Below are positions 35,711 to 44,734 of a stretch of 64,000 nucleotides of DNA, piece by piece. The position numbers were made by a program, and so were the translations under genes. Source of the DNA: Thermodesulfovibrionales bacterium (GTDB lineage Bacteria; Nitrospirota; Thermodesulfovibrionia; Thermodesulfovibrionales; UBA9159); NCBI GenBank assembly GCA_050014695.1, contig JBEKCV010000010.1:8619-72618 (forward strand), written 5' to 3'. How positions within the stretch are numbered: position 1 is the first letter of the stretch; every line of letters begins with the position of its first letter. The notes under the pieces were generated by a model that searched no databases, had not been told where the DNA came from, and saw nothing but the letters and a program-made list of their open reading frames with translations.

Positions 35711-36172
35711 ATGAAAAAGATAATCATGATCTGCTTTGTATTCAGCATCTGCATATTCTTCGGTACGTCCCTCTTTGCGGGGAATGGTGCCAAAAACCCT
35801 GAGTTTGTGACCCTTGACAGCATAGCAGACAAGTATGAGTCAGTCATCTTCACGCATGCAAGGCACGCCACTCTGGCGGGGAATTGCGGGTCGTGCCATC
35901 ACCAGCACGCCGACAGTGGAACGCTTCCCTGTAAGGGATGCCATTCCCTTACGCCCGCTGATTTTAAAAAGTCGGTTACGCAGAGTTTCATGGCCTGCAA
36001 GAACTGCCACGCCGGCAATGACCGCGCGAATCCAGCGGTTCCGGGACTCAAGGTTGCCTACCATCAGATGTGCTTCCAATGCCACAAGGGGATGGGCAAC
36101 ATCGGTCTGGACCCGAAGGGCTGCACGGAGATATGCCATGCGAAGAAAGAACAGGTAATAAGCCAGAAGTGA
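35711..36172 (+). CDS. periplasmic class III (c3-type) multihaem cytochrome, 4 CxxCH plus one CX3CH
   Basis: Signal peptide, 'VIFTHARHA', then 'CGSCHH', 'CKGCH', 'CKNCH', 'CFQCH', 'CTEICH'. Confidence 0.85.
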   Translation: MKKIIMICFVFSICIFFGTSLFAGNGAKNPEFVTLDSIADKYESVIFTHARHATLAGNCGSCHHQHADSGTLPCKGCHSLTPADFKKSVTQSFMACKNCHAGNDRANPAVPGLKVAYHQMCFQCHKGMGNIGLDPKGCTEICHAKKEQVISQK

Positions 36173-36195
36173 CGAAGCCACGGAAAGGAGGAATC

Positions 36196-37209
36196 ATGGA
36201 CAACGAACACAGAACAGATAAAGAACACGAAGCCGTAAAAAACGGCGGTGGAAATTCCGACTGCAAGAAACGTCTTACCCTGACCAGGAGAGGTTTCTTA
36301 GGGACCGTGGCTTCGGTAGGGGGGGCAGCCCTCATCAGCAACGCGAAAGAGGCTTGCGGGTATAAGGAATTTGCCGGCTACCCTGACAGCTTCGGCTGCC
36401 TGACGGATTTTACCCGGTGCGTGGGATGTCGGAGCTGCGAAAAGGCCTGTAACGAGGCGAACAACCTTGAGAAGCCACAGGTCCCCTTTGACGATAAGTC
36501 TGTTTTTGAGGAAACAAGAAGACCGAATGCACATGCATATACGGTGGTCAATAGATATGAAAATCCGAAAGATAAGAGCAATCCTATCTACCGGAAAATG
36601 CAGTGCAACCACTGCAAAGAGCCAGGGTGCGCCACTGCATGCCCCATCCATGCCTATTCGAAGACTCCGGAAGGGGCGGTTTTTTACGATGAGAGTCTCT
36701 GTTTCGGCTGCAGATATTGTATGACGGCCTGCCCGTTTTATGTACCGTCCTTTGATTATTGGAGTGCCCTGGAGCCGAAAATCGTAAAATGCACTATGTG
36801 CCGCGACAGGATCAAGAAGGGCGGCATCACCGCCTGCGCAGAGGCCTGTCCTACGGGCGCTATCACCTTTGGCAAGAGGGAAGACCTGATCAAAGTGGCG
36901 AGGGAGAGGATCGGGAAAAACCCGGACAAGTATGTCGACCATATCTACGGGGAACATGAGGTCGGAGGGACGAACTGGATGTATGTCTCCGGAGTTCCCT
37001 TTGAGCAGCTCGGCTTTCCTTCGCACCTGCCGACAACACCACTCGTTGAACAGACAAAAGGCTTTCTCGCCGCGGTACCGGTCGTGCTGACCGTCTGGCC
37101 AGCGCTCTTCGGAATGTGCTATGCAGCCCTTCGTCACAGGAACGAGCAGGATAAACAGGATAAAGAGAAAGAAGCGAGTCAAGGAAAGGAGGAGATGAAA
37201 AATGGGTAA
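36196..37209 (+). CDS. Tat-exported 4x[4Fe-4S] ferredoxin-type subunit (NrfC/HybA/DmsB-like) with C-terminal TM anchor
   Basis: Tat motif 'TRRGFLGTV'; clusters 'CVGCRSCEKAC', 'CNHCKEPGCATACP', 'CFGCRYCMTACP', 'CTMCRDRI...CAEACP'. SD 'ggaaaggaggaatc'. Confidence 0.9.
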   Translation: MDNEHRTDKEHEAVKNGGGNSDCKKRLTLTRRGFLGTVASVGGAALISNAKEACGYKEFAGYPDSFGCLTDFTRCVGCRSCEKACNEANNLEKPQVPFDDKSVFEETRRPNAHAYTVVNRYENPKDKSNPIYRKMQCNHCKEPGCATACPIHAYSKTPEGAVFYDESLCFGCRYCMTACPFYVPSFDYWSALEPKIVKCTMCRDRIKKGGITACAEACPTGAITFGKREDLIKVARERIGKNPDKYVDHIYGEHEVGGTNWMYVSGVPFEQLGFPSHLPTTPLVEQTKGFLAAVPVVLTVWPALFGMCYAALRHRNEQDKQDKEKEASQGKEEMKNG

Positions 37210-38437
37210 CGGATATGCAGTGAAGAACGAAAACTTCAGATCTTGGTTCATGGATAAGTTACTCATGGGACTGAGTTGGCCGGAGTACTCGAGAAAACTC
37301 CTGACTCCTTTCAATGTGATCGCAGCGATCATCCTGTCCATCGGACTCCCCCTGATCGTCCTGCGGTTCGTCGATGGTCTCTATCTTGTCACCCATGCTT
37401 CAGACGATTACCCGTGGGGCTTGTACCTCGGGTGGGGACTTTTTGGAGGAGTTCCGCTGTCGGCAACGGGATTTGTGATGGCCACAGCCTATTACATCTT
37501 CGGGTTTAAAGGCTTTCGACCGATTGTGAGGCTTGCAGTCCTGACAGGATTCCTGGGCTATCTCTTTGCGGTCATTTATCTCCTCGTGGACCTCGGCAGA
37601 CCGTGGAGAATCTACTACCCCATGATTATCGGGTTCGGTACGGCCTCAGTGCTGTTTCTTGTGGCGTGGCATGTGGCAACATACCTGACGGTCCAACTTC
37701 TTGAATTCAGCCCCGCTATCTTAGAATGGCTTAAATCGAGAAGGGTCAGGAGATGGGCAACAATGATCACCATTGGCATGACCATTGCCGGTATCATCCT
37801 GTCCACGCTCCATCAGTCCGCCCTCGGCGCAATGTATTTGCTCGCGCCCGGGAAACTCCACCCGCTCTGGTTCTCATCGTATATCCCAACCTTCTTCCTG
37901 AGCTCGGCGGTCTATGCGGCTCTTGCCATGGTAATCGTCGTGAGCACCCTTGCCGTCCGTTTTCTCAGAGACAAGGCCGGCCCGACTTTTCTCGGAAGTA
38001 TAGACAGAATAACTCTCGGCCTCGGCAAGGGCGCCTGTATCGGCATGTACGTCTACTTTGTACTGAAGGTGATCGGGATAGCGCATGACGACAACTGGGG
38101 GCTCCTGAGCACTCCGTATGGCTACTGGTTCCTTGTGGAGATCCTCGGCTTTGTCCTGCTGCCCGCACTCATCTTCACGTTGGGAGTGAAGATGAGCAGT
38201 GTGAGGACGGTCCGCTTCGGTGCCTTCCTTGCCGTCATCGGGATTATCGTGAATCGCCTCAACGTATCGATCGTGGCGCTGAACTGGAATCTCCCGCATC
38301 ACCTCCATCACATCATTCCACCCTGGCGGGAAGTGGCCGTCGTCCTAAGCATCGCTACGATACACATTCTCATATTCCGTTGGATCCTGAACCGCATGCC
38401 CGTCATGAGGGAAGAACCGGGTTATGAGGATCACTAG
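37202..38437 (+). CDS. NrfD/PsrC-family integral membrane quinone-interacting subunit
   Basis: 411 aa with about 10 hydrophobic helices. It overlaps the FeS gene by 8 nt, which is the canonical FeS-NrfD pairing. Confidence 0.9.
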   Translation: MGNGYAVKNENFRSWFMDKLLMGLSWPEYSRKLLTPFNVIAAIILSIGLPLIVLRFVDGLYLVTHASDDYPWGLYLGWGLFGGVPLSATGFVMATAYYIFGFKGFRPIVRLAVLTGFLGYLFAVIYLLVDLGRPWRIYYPMIIGFGTASVLFLVAWHVATYLTVQLLEFSPAILEWLKSRRVRRWATMITIGMTIAGIILSTLHQSALGAMYLLAPGKLHPLWFSSYIPTFFLSSAVYAALAMVIVVSTLAVRFLRDKAGPTFLGSIDRITLGLGKGACIGMYVYFVLKVIGIAHDDNWGLLSTPYGYWFLVEILGFVLLPALIFTLGVKMSSVRTVRFGAFLAVIGIIVNRLNVSIVALNWNLPHHLHHIIPPWREVAVVLSIATIHILIFRWILNRMPVMREEPGYEDH

Positions 38438-38516
38438 ACGTGAGCTCTTGAAGGGATATAAGGGGGATACCTCGCTGCGGGGTGTCCCCCTCCGGGACAA
38501 CGGGGGGGGTGAGACA

Positions 38517-40007
38517 ATGAGGGCTCCTCAACGAAATACCTTTATGACGGAGGCGGTGAGCATAAAGGGGAGAAAGGACATAATTTACCTGGTGCTTTCT
38601 CTTTCGCTCATCTTTCTTATTCCGGCAGACTTTGCTTATGCAAAAGGGAACGGCCAGCAGGAAGCGGTTCAACAGTGTCTGAAGTGCCATGGGAAACGGG
38701 GCATCACAAAAAAATTCGAGAACGGTGAATCGGTAGCGGCCTATGTGGACAGCGAAAGCTTCAAGAATTCTGTTCACAAATCCCTGACCTGTTTCGATTG
38801 TCACCCCGATTTTTCCGGAGAGAACCATCCCGACAGGAGATTCCGGAGCGCGGAGCAGTTCAGAATAAAATCCTCGCGGGCATGCAGAAAGTGCCACACC
38901 GTTGAACAAATAAAAAGGGAATCCATTCACGCCACATTATTGAGGGAGGAAGATGAGGGCAGAGCACATCCCTGCACAAACTGTCATGGTTCCCACGCAA
39001 TAGTGCCGATAGGCGTCGAACGGATGACAAATGAAGAGCAATATTGCATGGAGTGTCATGCTCACGAGGTGAGCATGGAATGCAGAAATGGTGAAAGGGC
39101 GTTACTGAAAATGGACAGCACTGCGTTGAAGGCCTCTGTGCATAACAAGCTCGGGTGCTCGGACTGCCATTTCGGATTTTCCCCGTCTCATCACCCTCAG
39201 AGAAACTTCAGGAGCATCCGTGATTTTTCGATCGCCAATGCAGAGATGTGCCGACGCTGTCACTTCGATAAATATACGAAGGAGATGGAGAACGTCCATT
39301 ATGTGAAGCGCAGTCAGGGCAACCTCAGTACGCCGGTATGTACCGATTGCCACGGCTCTCACGCCGTGGTGAGTTTTGAGAAAGAGAGAACGGCGATAGC
39401 CTGGAGATGCCAGAAATGTCATCCGCAGGTATTTGCCCTGTATGCACAAAGCGTACACGGAAGAGGGCTTTTTGAAGAACAGAGCCAGGACGTCCCGGTC
39501 TGCACGGATTGCCATACGGCACACGATATCAAAGACCCGCTGACCCTGGAGTTCCGCGAGCACATACCGGAGAGGTGCAGCAACTGCCATGCAAATAAAG
39601 CCGTGATGGCGAAATATGGACTTTCGACGGATGTCGTAAAAACCTATTTGTCGAGCTTCCATGGGGTCACCTTGGCCTTTTACAGAAAGCAGAGGGAGGA
39701 GATGAGCAAGCCCGCCAGACAGATAGCCGTATGTACGGATTGCCACGGCACCCATAATATCATGAGCACCAGAGCCGCGAATCCGGCCGTCGTAAGAGCC
39801 AACCTCGTGAAGAGGTGCCAGCAGTGTCATGCGCAGGCAACTCGGAATTTTCCGGACGCATGGCTCTCTCACTACGAGCCGAGCCTGAAACAAGCCCCTC
39901 TCGTTTTCATGATCAACCTGCTCTATACGGTTTTCCTGCCTATTCTGGTGGTAGGGCTTATCCTCCAAATCCTCTTGCATGCCTGGCGTTATGCGGTCAA
40001 CAGATGA
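38517..40007 (+). CDS. 13-haem c-type cytochrome with doubled-CXXCH repeats and C-terminal TM anchor
   Basis: I counted 13 CxxCH motifs (CLKCH, CFDCH, CRKCH, CTNCH, CMECH, CSDCH, CRRCH, CTDCH, CQKCH, CTDCH, CSNCH, CTDCH, CQQCH). C-terminal TM 'LVFMINLLYTVFLPILVVGLIL'. Start uncertain (38424 or 38517). Confidence 0.85.
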   Translation: MRAPQRNTFMTEAVSIKGRKDIIYLVLSLSLIFLIPADFAYAKGNGQQEAVQQCLKCHGKRGITKKFENGESVAAYVDSESFKNSVHKSLTCFDCHPDFSGENHPDRRFRSAEQFRIKSSRACRKCHTVEQIKRESIHATLLREEDEGRAHPCTNCHGSHAIVPIGVERMTNEEQYCMECHAHEVSMECRNGERALLKMDSTALKASVHNKLGCSDCHFGFSPSHHPQRNFRSIRDFSIANAEMCRRCHFDKYTKEMENVHYVKRSQGNLSTPVCTDCHGSHAVVSFEKERTAIAWRCQKCHPQVFALYAQSVHGRGLFEEQSQDVPVCTDCHTAHDIKDPLTLEFREHIPERCSNCHANKAVMAKYGLSTDVVKTYLSSFHGVTLAFYRKQREEMSKPARQIAVCTDCHGTHNIMSTRAANPAVVRANLVKRCQQCHAQATRNFPDAWLSHYEPSLKQAPLVFMINLLYTVFLPILVVGLILQILLHAWRYAVNR

Positions 40008-40019
40008 AAGGAGACAACG

Positions 40020-40757
40020 ATGGAAGGTGACCAGATAAAAGAGGGGTACGTGAGGAGATTCAGCTTCTATCGAATAATCGAGCATTGGCTGCATGCCGTC
40101 ATTTTTGCGATCCTGGTTGTGACCGGCCTTTCCCAACGGTTCTATAGCCTTGATGTCTCGCAGCTGCTGGTGATGTATCTCGGCGGAATCGATTCCGTCA
40201 GGATGATCCACAGGGTCACCGGGTTGTTCCTAGCTTTCCTCCTGATCGAGCATGTCTTTGTTGCCTCATACGGCATTCTTTTCAGAAAATGGAAACCCTT
40301 GATCATGATCACCAAAAAGGATTTCAGCGACGCCATCGACAACCTGAAATACTATCTCAACATGAAAGACCATCAGGCATACTGCGACCGATACGGATAT
40401 AAACAAAAATTCGAATATTGGGGAATCCTTTCCGGCCTGCTCGTGATGATGGGAACAGGGGTCATCCTGTGGTTCCCTGCGACGGTCAGCCGATTCCTCC
40501 CCGGAGAACTCATCCCCGCGGCAAAAGTGATGCACTCAAATGAGGCATTCCTCATATTCCTCATCATAGCCCTTTGGCATATCTATAATGCGATATTCAA
40601 TCCGGAGATATTCCCCCTTGATACCAGTATACTTACCGGTTACATATCATGGGAACGGATGGTGCGTGAACACCCAGCTGAGCTCGCAAGGATTGAGGGT
40701 AAAACGCTCCAGGAGATTGTTCATCCGGAGCACCGCGAAAAGTTCAGACGCGATTAG
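40020..40757 (+). CDS. membrane dihaem cytochrome b (FdnI / Ni-hydrogenase b-type cytochrome family)
   Basis: 'RFSFYRIIEHWLHAVIFAILVVTG', 'HRVTG', 'MHSNEAFLIFLIIALWHIYNA'. Four TM segments with conserved His pairs. It starts 12 nt after the cytochrome c gene. Confidence 0.85.
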   Translation: MEGDQIKEGYVRRFSFYRIIEHWLHAVIFAILVVTGLSQRFYSLDVSQLLVMYLGGIDSVRMIHRVTGLFLAFLLIEHVFVASYGILFRKWKPLIMITKKDFSDAIDNLKYYLNMKDHQAYCDRYGYKQKFEYWGILSGLLVMMGTGVILWFPATVSRFLPGELIPAAKVMHSNEAFLIFLIIALWHIYNAIFNPEIFPLDTSILTGYISWERMVREHPAELARIEGKTLQEIVHPEHREKFRRD

Positions 40758-40829
40758 AGGAGCTTACACGCAAGACCATCATCCCTATTCGTCCCTTTCC
40801 ATTTTTTGAATGTTCATTTATAATGCTTT

Positions 40830-42680
40830 ATGAGGATTACAAAAGGTGGGCTGCAAAGAAGGATCACGCTCGCGGCGACGCTCGGCTTATCCCTGATAGT
40901 GTTATGCTTTGGAATCGTAAGCTATTATCTTATCGAGAGGAACATCGAAGACACCCTGAACAAGAGAATTGCCCTTGCTCATCTTATCCGGAATAATGTC
41001 GATACCGTCATAAAAGAAAATATTAATCGCCTCTATGACATATCGCTCTCCGGAAGCATCGACCTGCATGGCAGCGATGTCAGACTGGCAAAGGAAGCCC
41101 TTGCCACCGCATATCGGTATTCCATATTTACCGACGGTATTTTTCTCATGGACACGGGAGGGAATGTCCTTCTCAACTATCCTGAAAGAATGAAGGACGT
41201 CTCCCTTAATTTGCTGAGTATCGAGCCAATAAGCAGGATGATTGCCATGGGAAAGCCGGTTGTATCGAATATCTATACGGTGGAGCCCGTAAAGAAGAAG
41301 CTTCTCTATATCCTCGTGCCGTTTCGTGATAAGAATGGCAACTACGCTGGAGTTGCCGGGGGGGAGATTGACCCGACAAATCCGCTCTTGACCAGCATGC
41401 TTAGGTTACGCGACGCGGGGGGAAATACGTTTGTCGATATCATCGATTCCAACGGTGTGGTTGTTGCGTCGTCAACTCCGTCGCGGGCACTGACCTATTG
41501 CGACTATAATAACATTTTCAGCGCGCTGATCAGTTCAAAGAAAGAACGGGTGACTACCTGCCATCAATGTCATATCAAGGGCACCGGGAGAGAGAAGATC
41601 ACGAATATGATGGCTTTCGTCCCCCTCGAGACAGCACCGTGGGGGGTATCGATCCAGGAACCCGAGAAAGACGTTTTTGCGCCTGTCGTTAAGTTGAAGT
41701 GGACCCTGTCGGCGCTGGGCATCATTTTTATCGGTACTGCTTTTATGCTGACCTGGGGCGTCAGTCGGAGTATTGTCAATCCTATTCGAGAGTTAACCTA
41801 TGCAACCGAGCGAATCGCAGAGGGTAAGCTCTCGACTCCCCTTTTTCCCCAGGGAGGCGATGAAATAGGTGTTCTCGGCAGGAGCTTTGAGAGCATGAGG
41901 CTAAAATTGGTCGAATCCATGGAAAACACGAAGCGGTACAACATCGAACTCGAAACTCGGGTGAAGGAAAGGACTCGGCAGATAAAAGAGAGCGGGAGGA
42001 GAATCCAAAACCTTTTGAAAAAGATCATATCGAGTCAGGAGGAGGAGCGAAAGCGGATCGCCAGGGAATTGCATGACATCACCCTTCAGGAACTCTCAGC
42101 TATCCTCATGAGGCTCGATATTTGTAAATTGTTCCCGGAGAGCATCTCTCAGGAGAAGATCGAAGAGGTGCGGAACATCACCCTGAATGCGCTTGATGGG
42201 GTACATACGATTACCCAGAACCTGAGGCCATCCGTTCTCGATGATCTGGGGCTTGAGTCGGCAATAAAATGGCTCCTTGATACCCATCTCAAGGAACGGG
42301 GTGTAACCTATTTCTTCAAGATGTTCGGAGCCACTGATATGAGGTTCAGTCCCGAGGTCGAAATAAGCCTTTTCAGGACCATACAGGAGGCAATTGTGAA
42401 TATCGCCCGTCACGCAAAAGCGAAACACGTCCTTATCAGCATGGAGATAGTTGGCAGGATGGTGTCTGTCCTGATAGAAGATGATGGCCAGGGTTTTGAC
42501 CTTGACCTTCTGTTGCAGAATACGCTCAATTATAAAGACGGCAGGGGGTTAGGCATCCTTGGCATGAGAGAGAGGGCCTATTTCATTGGAGGCACATTGC
42601 ATTTAAGTTCATCTCTGGGCAGCGGCACGAAAATAACGCTGAAGGTGCCTCTGGATGCTCAGGAGTTTCATGATGTCTAG
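40830..42680 (+). CDS. sensor histidine kinase (NarX-type HisKA_3) with periplasmic Cache-like domain carrying a CxxCH motif
   Basis: TM1, a ~250-aa periplasmic region containing 'TTCHQCHIKG', TM2, HAMP, 'RIARELHDITLQ' (H-box), 'NIARHAKA', 'DDGQGF', 'GLGILGMRERA'. Confidence 0.9.
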   Translation: MRITKGGLQRRITLAATLGLSLIVLCFGIVSYYLIERNIEDTLNKRIALAHLIRNNVDTVIKENINRLYDISLSGSIDLHGSDVRLAKEALATAYRYSIFTDGIFLMDTGGNVLLNYPERMKDVSLNLLSIEPISRMIAMGKPVVSNIYTVEPVKKKLLYILVPFRDKNGNYAGVAGGEIDPTNPLLTSMLRLRDAGGNTFVDIIDSNGVVVASSTPSRALTYCDYNNIFSALISSKKERVTTCHQCHIKGTGREKITNMMAFVPLETAPWGVSIQEPEKDVFAPVVKLKWTLSALGIIFIGTAFMLTWGVSRSIVNPIRELTYATERIAEGKLSTPLFPQGGDEIGVLGRSFESMRLKLVESMENTKRYNIELETRVKERTRQIKESGRRIQNLLKKIISSQEEERKRIARELHDITLQELSAILMRLDICKLFPESISQEKIEEVRNITLNALDGVHTITQNLRPSVLDDLGLESAIKWLLDTHLKERGVTYFFKMFGATDMRFSPEVEISLFRTIQEAIVNIARHAKAKHVLISMEIVGRMVSVLIEDDGQGFDLDLLLQNTLNYKDGRGLGILGMRERAYFIGGTLHLSSSLGSGTKITLKVPLDAQEFHDV

Positions 42681-43332
42681 GATAACGGTTCTCATTGCAG
42701 ATGACCATACGCTGGTGAGGGAGGGTATCGCGGCATTCCTTAAGTTGTCTGATGACATCGAGGTGATTGCTGAAGCCTCGGACGGCCTCGAAGCAATCGA
42801 AAAAGCCAAGAAATTTGATCCTGATGTGGTCTTGATGGATATCTCGATGCCCAAGCTTGGGGGGCTGGAAGCGACGATTGAGCTGAAGAAAATAAAACCA
42901 GCGATAAAGATACTTGTCCTCACCCAGTATGATGACAAAGAATATATCTCACGTTTTTTGAAAGCAGGGGTTTCCGGATACTTGTTAAAACGGGCGGTGG
43001 GGAGCGATCTCATCTCCGCCATACGGGCGGTAAGCAGGGGAGAGACGTATCTCTTTTCCTCCATTGCCGCAGAGGTGGTCGCGGGCTATCTCGGCAAAGA
43101 TAAGAATGAATCGATGGTGGATCCCTATGAAAAACTGACGGACCGGGAAAAGCAGGTTTTAAAGCTTGTTGCTGAGGGATATACGCACAAAGAAATAGCG
43201 GATATGCTTGATATTAGCGCCAAGACGGTCATAGCCCACCAAACCAATATCAGTGAAAAGCTTGATATTCATACCCGTGCGGGCTTGATTAAATTTGCCA
43301 TCCACCGGGGAATCATAAAGATAGACTCATGA
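42670..43332 (+). CDS. NarL/LuxR-family response regulator
   Basis: 'ITVLIADDH', 'DVVLMDISMPKLGG', 'VLTQYDD', and the HTH 'LTDREKQVLKLVAEGYTHKEIADMLDISAKTVIAHQTNI'. Confidence 0.9.
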   Translation: MMSRITVLIADDHTLVREGIAAFLKLSDDIEVIAEASDGLEAIEKAKKFDPDVVLMDISMPKLGGLEATIELKKIKPAIKILVLTQYDDKEYISRFLKAGVSGYLLKRAVGSDLISAIRAVSRGETYLFSSIAAEVVAGYLGKDKNESMVDPYEKLTDREKQVLKLVAEGYTHKEIADMLDISAKTVIAHQTNISEKLDIHTRAGLIKFAIHRGIIKIDS

Positions 43333-43423
43333 ACGAACTGCTGACATCCTCCGACCACCAAACCGCCACGCGTTTCCTGATATAAATCATACCCGGTCAC
43401 CAGTAAAAATTGTAATATGCATT

Positions 43424-44422
43424 ATGAGGAGTGATCGTTCGTATATCAGAAAGGTACGTTACGCTGTCCAGGGGATTATCTCTCTTCTCGTGCTTTATGT
43501 CGGGTTCACTTTTTATCTTTTTGCCGAGGATCTCATGCAGGGGAGAGTTCCCTCTTTGCCCCGTCCTCCATCGGTGGAAGGATTCATGCCCATAGGCGCG
43601 CTCATGTCATTGAAACTCTTGGTTACTGAGGGGATCTTTGATCCGGTGCACCCTGCGGCCCTAGTTCTTTTTTGCGGTGCAGCACTGTCGTCAGTTTTGC
43701 TGAAAAAGTCATTCTGCGGATGGATATGCCCGGTGGGCACGCTGTCGGAGGCTGTCTGGAAGGTGGGACAAAGAATATTCGGGAAAAATGTCACCCTGCC
43801 GCGATTCATCGACTATCCCCTGAGGTCTCTAAAATATATTCTCATGGCGTTTTTCCTTTTTATCATACTCGTGAAGATGTCATCCCAAGAAGTCATAGGA
43901 TTCCTCTCGACGCCTTACTGGAAGGTCACGGATATCAAACTCTTGCAATTCTTTATGGAAATGTCATTGATGACGCAGATAGCGATCGGCGTTCTCATAG
44001 CATTGTCCCTCATCGTTAAGAATTTCTGGTGCAGGTATCTTTGCCCTTACGGCGGATTGCTCGGACTGGTGAGCCTGCTCAGTCCCGTAAAGATAAAGCG
44101 GACTGACCTGGCATGCATTCACTGCGGCCTCTGTTCCAGGCATTGCCCATCACTCCTGCCTGTCGACCGGAAAAGGGTCATCCGCTCTCCGGAGTGCATG
44201 GGCTGTCTCACCTGCGTGAGCCACTGCCCTGCACAGGGCGCTCTTGATGCGATGGTCACGGGCAGAAAGCGGATGAGCCCGCTGGCCTTCGTTCTTATGG
44301 TTATGAGTGTTTACTTTGGTCTGATTCTCGTGGCGAAATTAACCGGGAGATGGCATTCATCTGTTTCTTACGAGGAACTCCGCAGCCTTGTGCCGATTCT
44401 CGACGGGCTCATCCACCCCTGA
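43424..44422 (+). CDS. NapH/MauN-like polytopic membrane 4Fe-4S protein
   Basis: 'FCGWICPVG', 'WCRYLCPYG', then ferredoxin motifs 'CIHCGLCSRHCP' and 'CMGCLTCVSHCP'. Confidence 0.8.
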   Translation: MRSDRSYIRKVRYAVQGIISLLVLYVGFTFYLFAEDLMQGRVPSLPRPPSVEGFMPIGALMSLKLLVTEGIFDPVHPAALVLFCGAALSSVLLKKSFCGWICPVGTLSEAVWKVGQRIFGKNVTLPRFIDYPLRSLKYILMAFFLFIILVKMSSQEVIGFLSTPYWKVTDIKLLQFFMEMSLMTQIAIGVLIALSLIVKNFWCRYLCPYGGLLGLVSLLSPVKIKRTDLACIHCGLCSRHCPSLLPVDRKRVIRSPECMGCLTCVSHCPAQGALDAMVTGRKRMSPLAFVLMVMSVYFGLILVAKLTGRWHSSVSYEELRSLVPILDGLIHP

Positions 44423-44734
44423 GATACAACGACCGCCTAATATCACGTACGAGACGGGACAGGGATGCAAAGGGGAAAATGGGTACCCTTTCCAGGGCCG
44501 GTGCCAGAAAGCCCACGTGATTCATCCGTCAGTGAATGGCACGCCGTCAAGCTCCTGTGCGCTGCTGCTCTCTGTGCTTCCTGATGGTTTCCGAACAGTT
44601 ATCGAAAGTGTCAAGAGCAACAGCATACCGGCAGTTTTTTTCTGTCAAGACCGGAAATCGATGGCAAGGTCATCTCATTGTCTTTTACGGTGAAGAGTTT
44701 GACGATAAGAATGAGTATAATAGAGGGTGAGGCT

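Noticed and set aside
36298-37341. 347-aa minus-strand ORF.
   Set aside because: It is fully antisense to the Tat-FeS subunit gene, whose four Cys clusters are unambiguous. It is a shadow ORF.
39102-40211. 369-aa minus-strand ORF.
   Set aside because: It is antisense to the 13-haem cytochrome and cytochrome b genes. No motifs are present and it is rich in R/H/L, as expected for a reverse-frame artefact.
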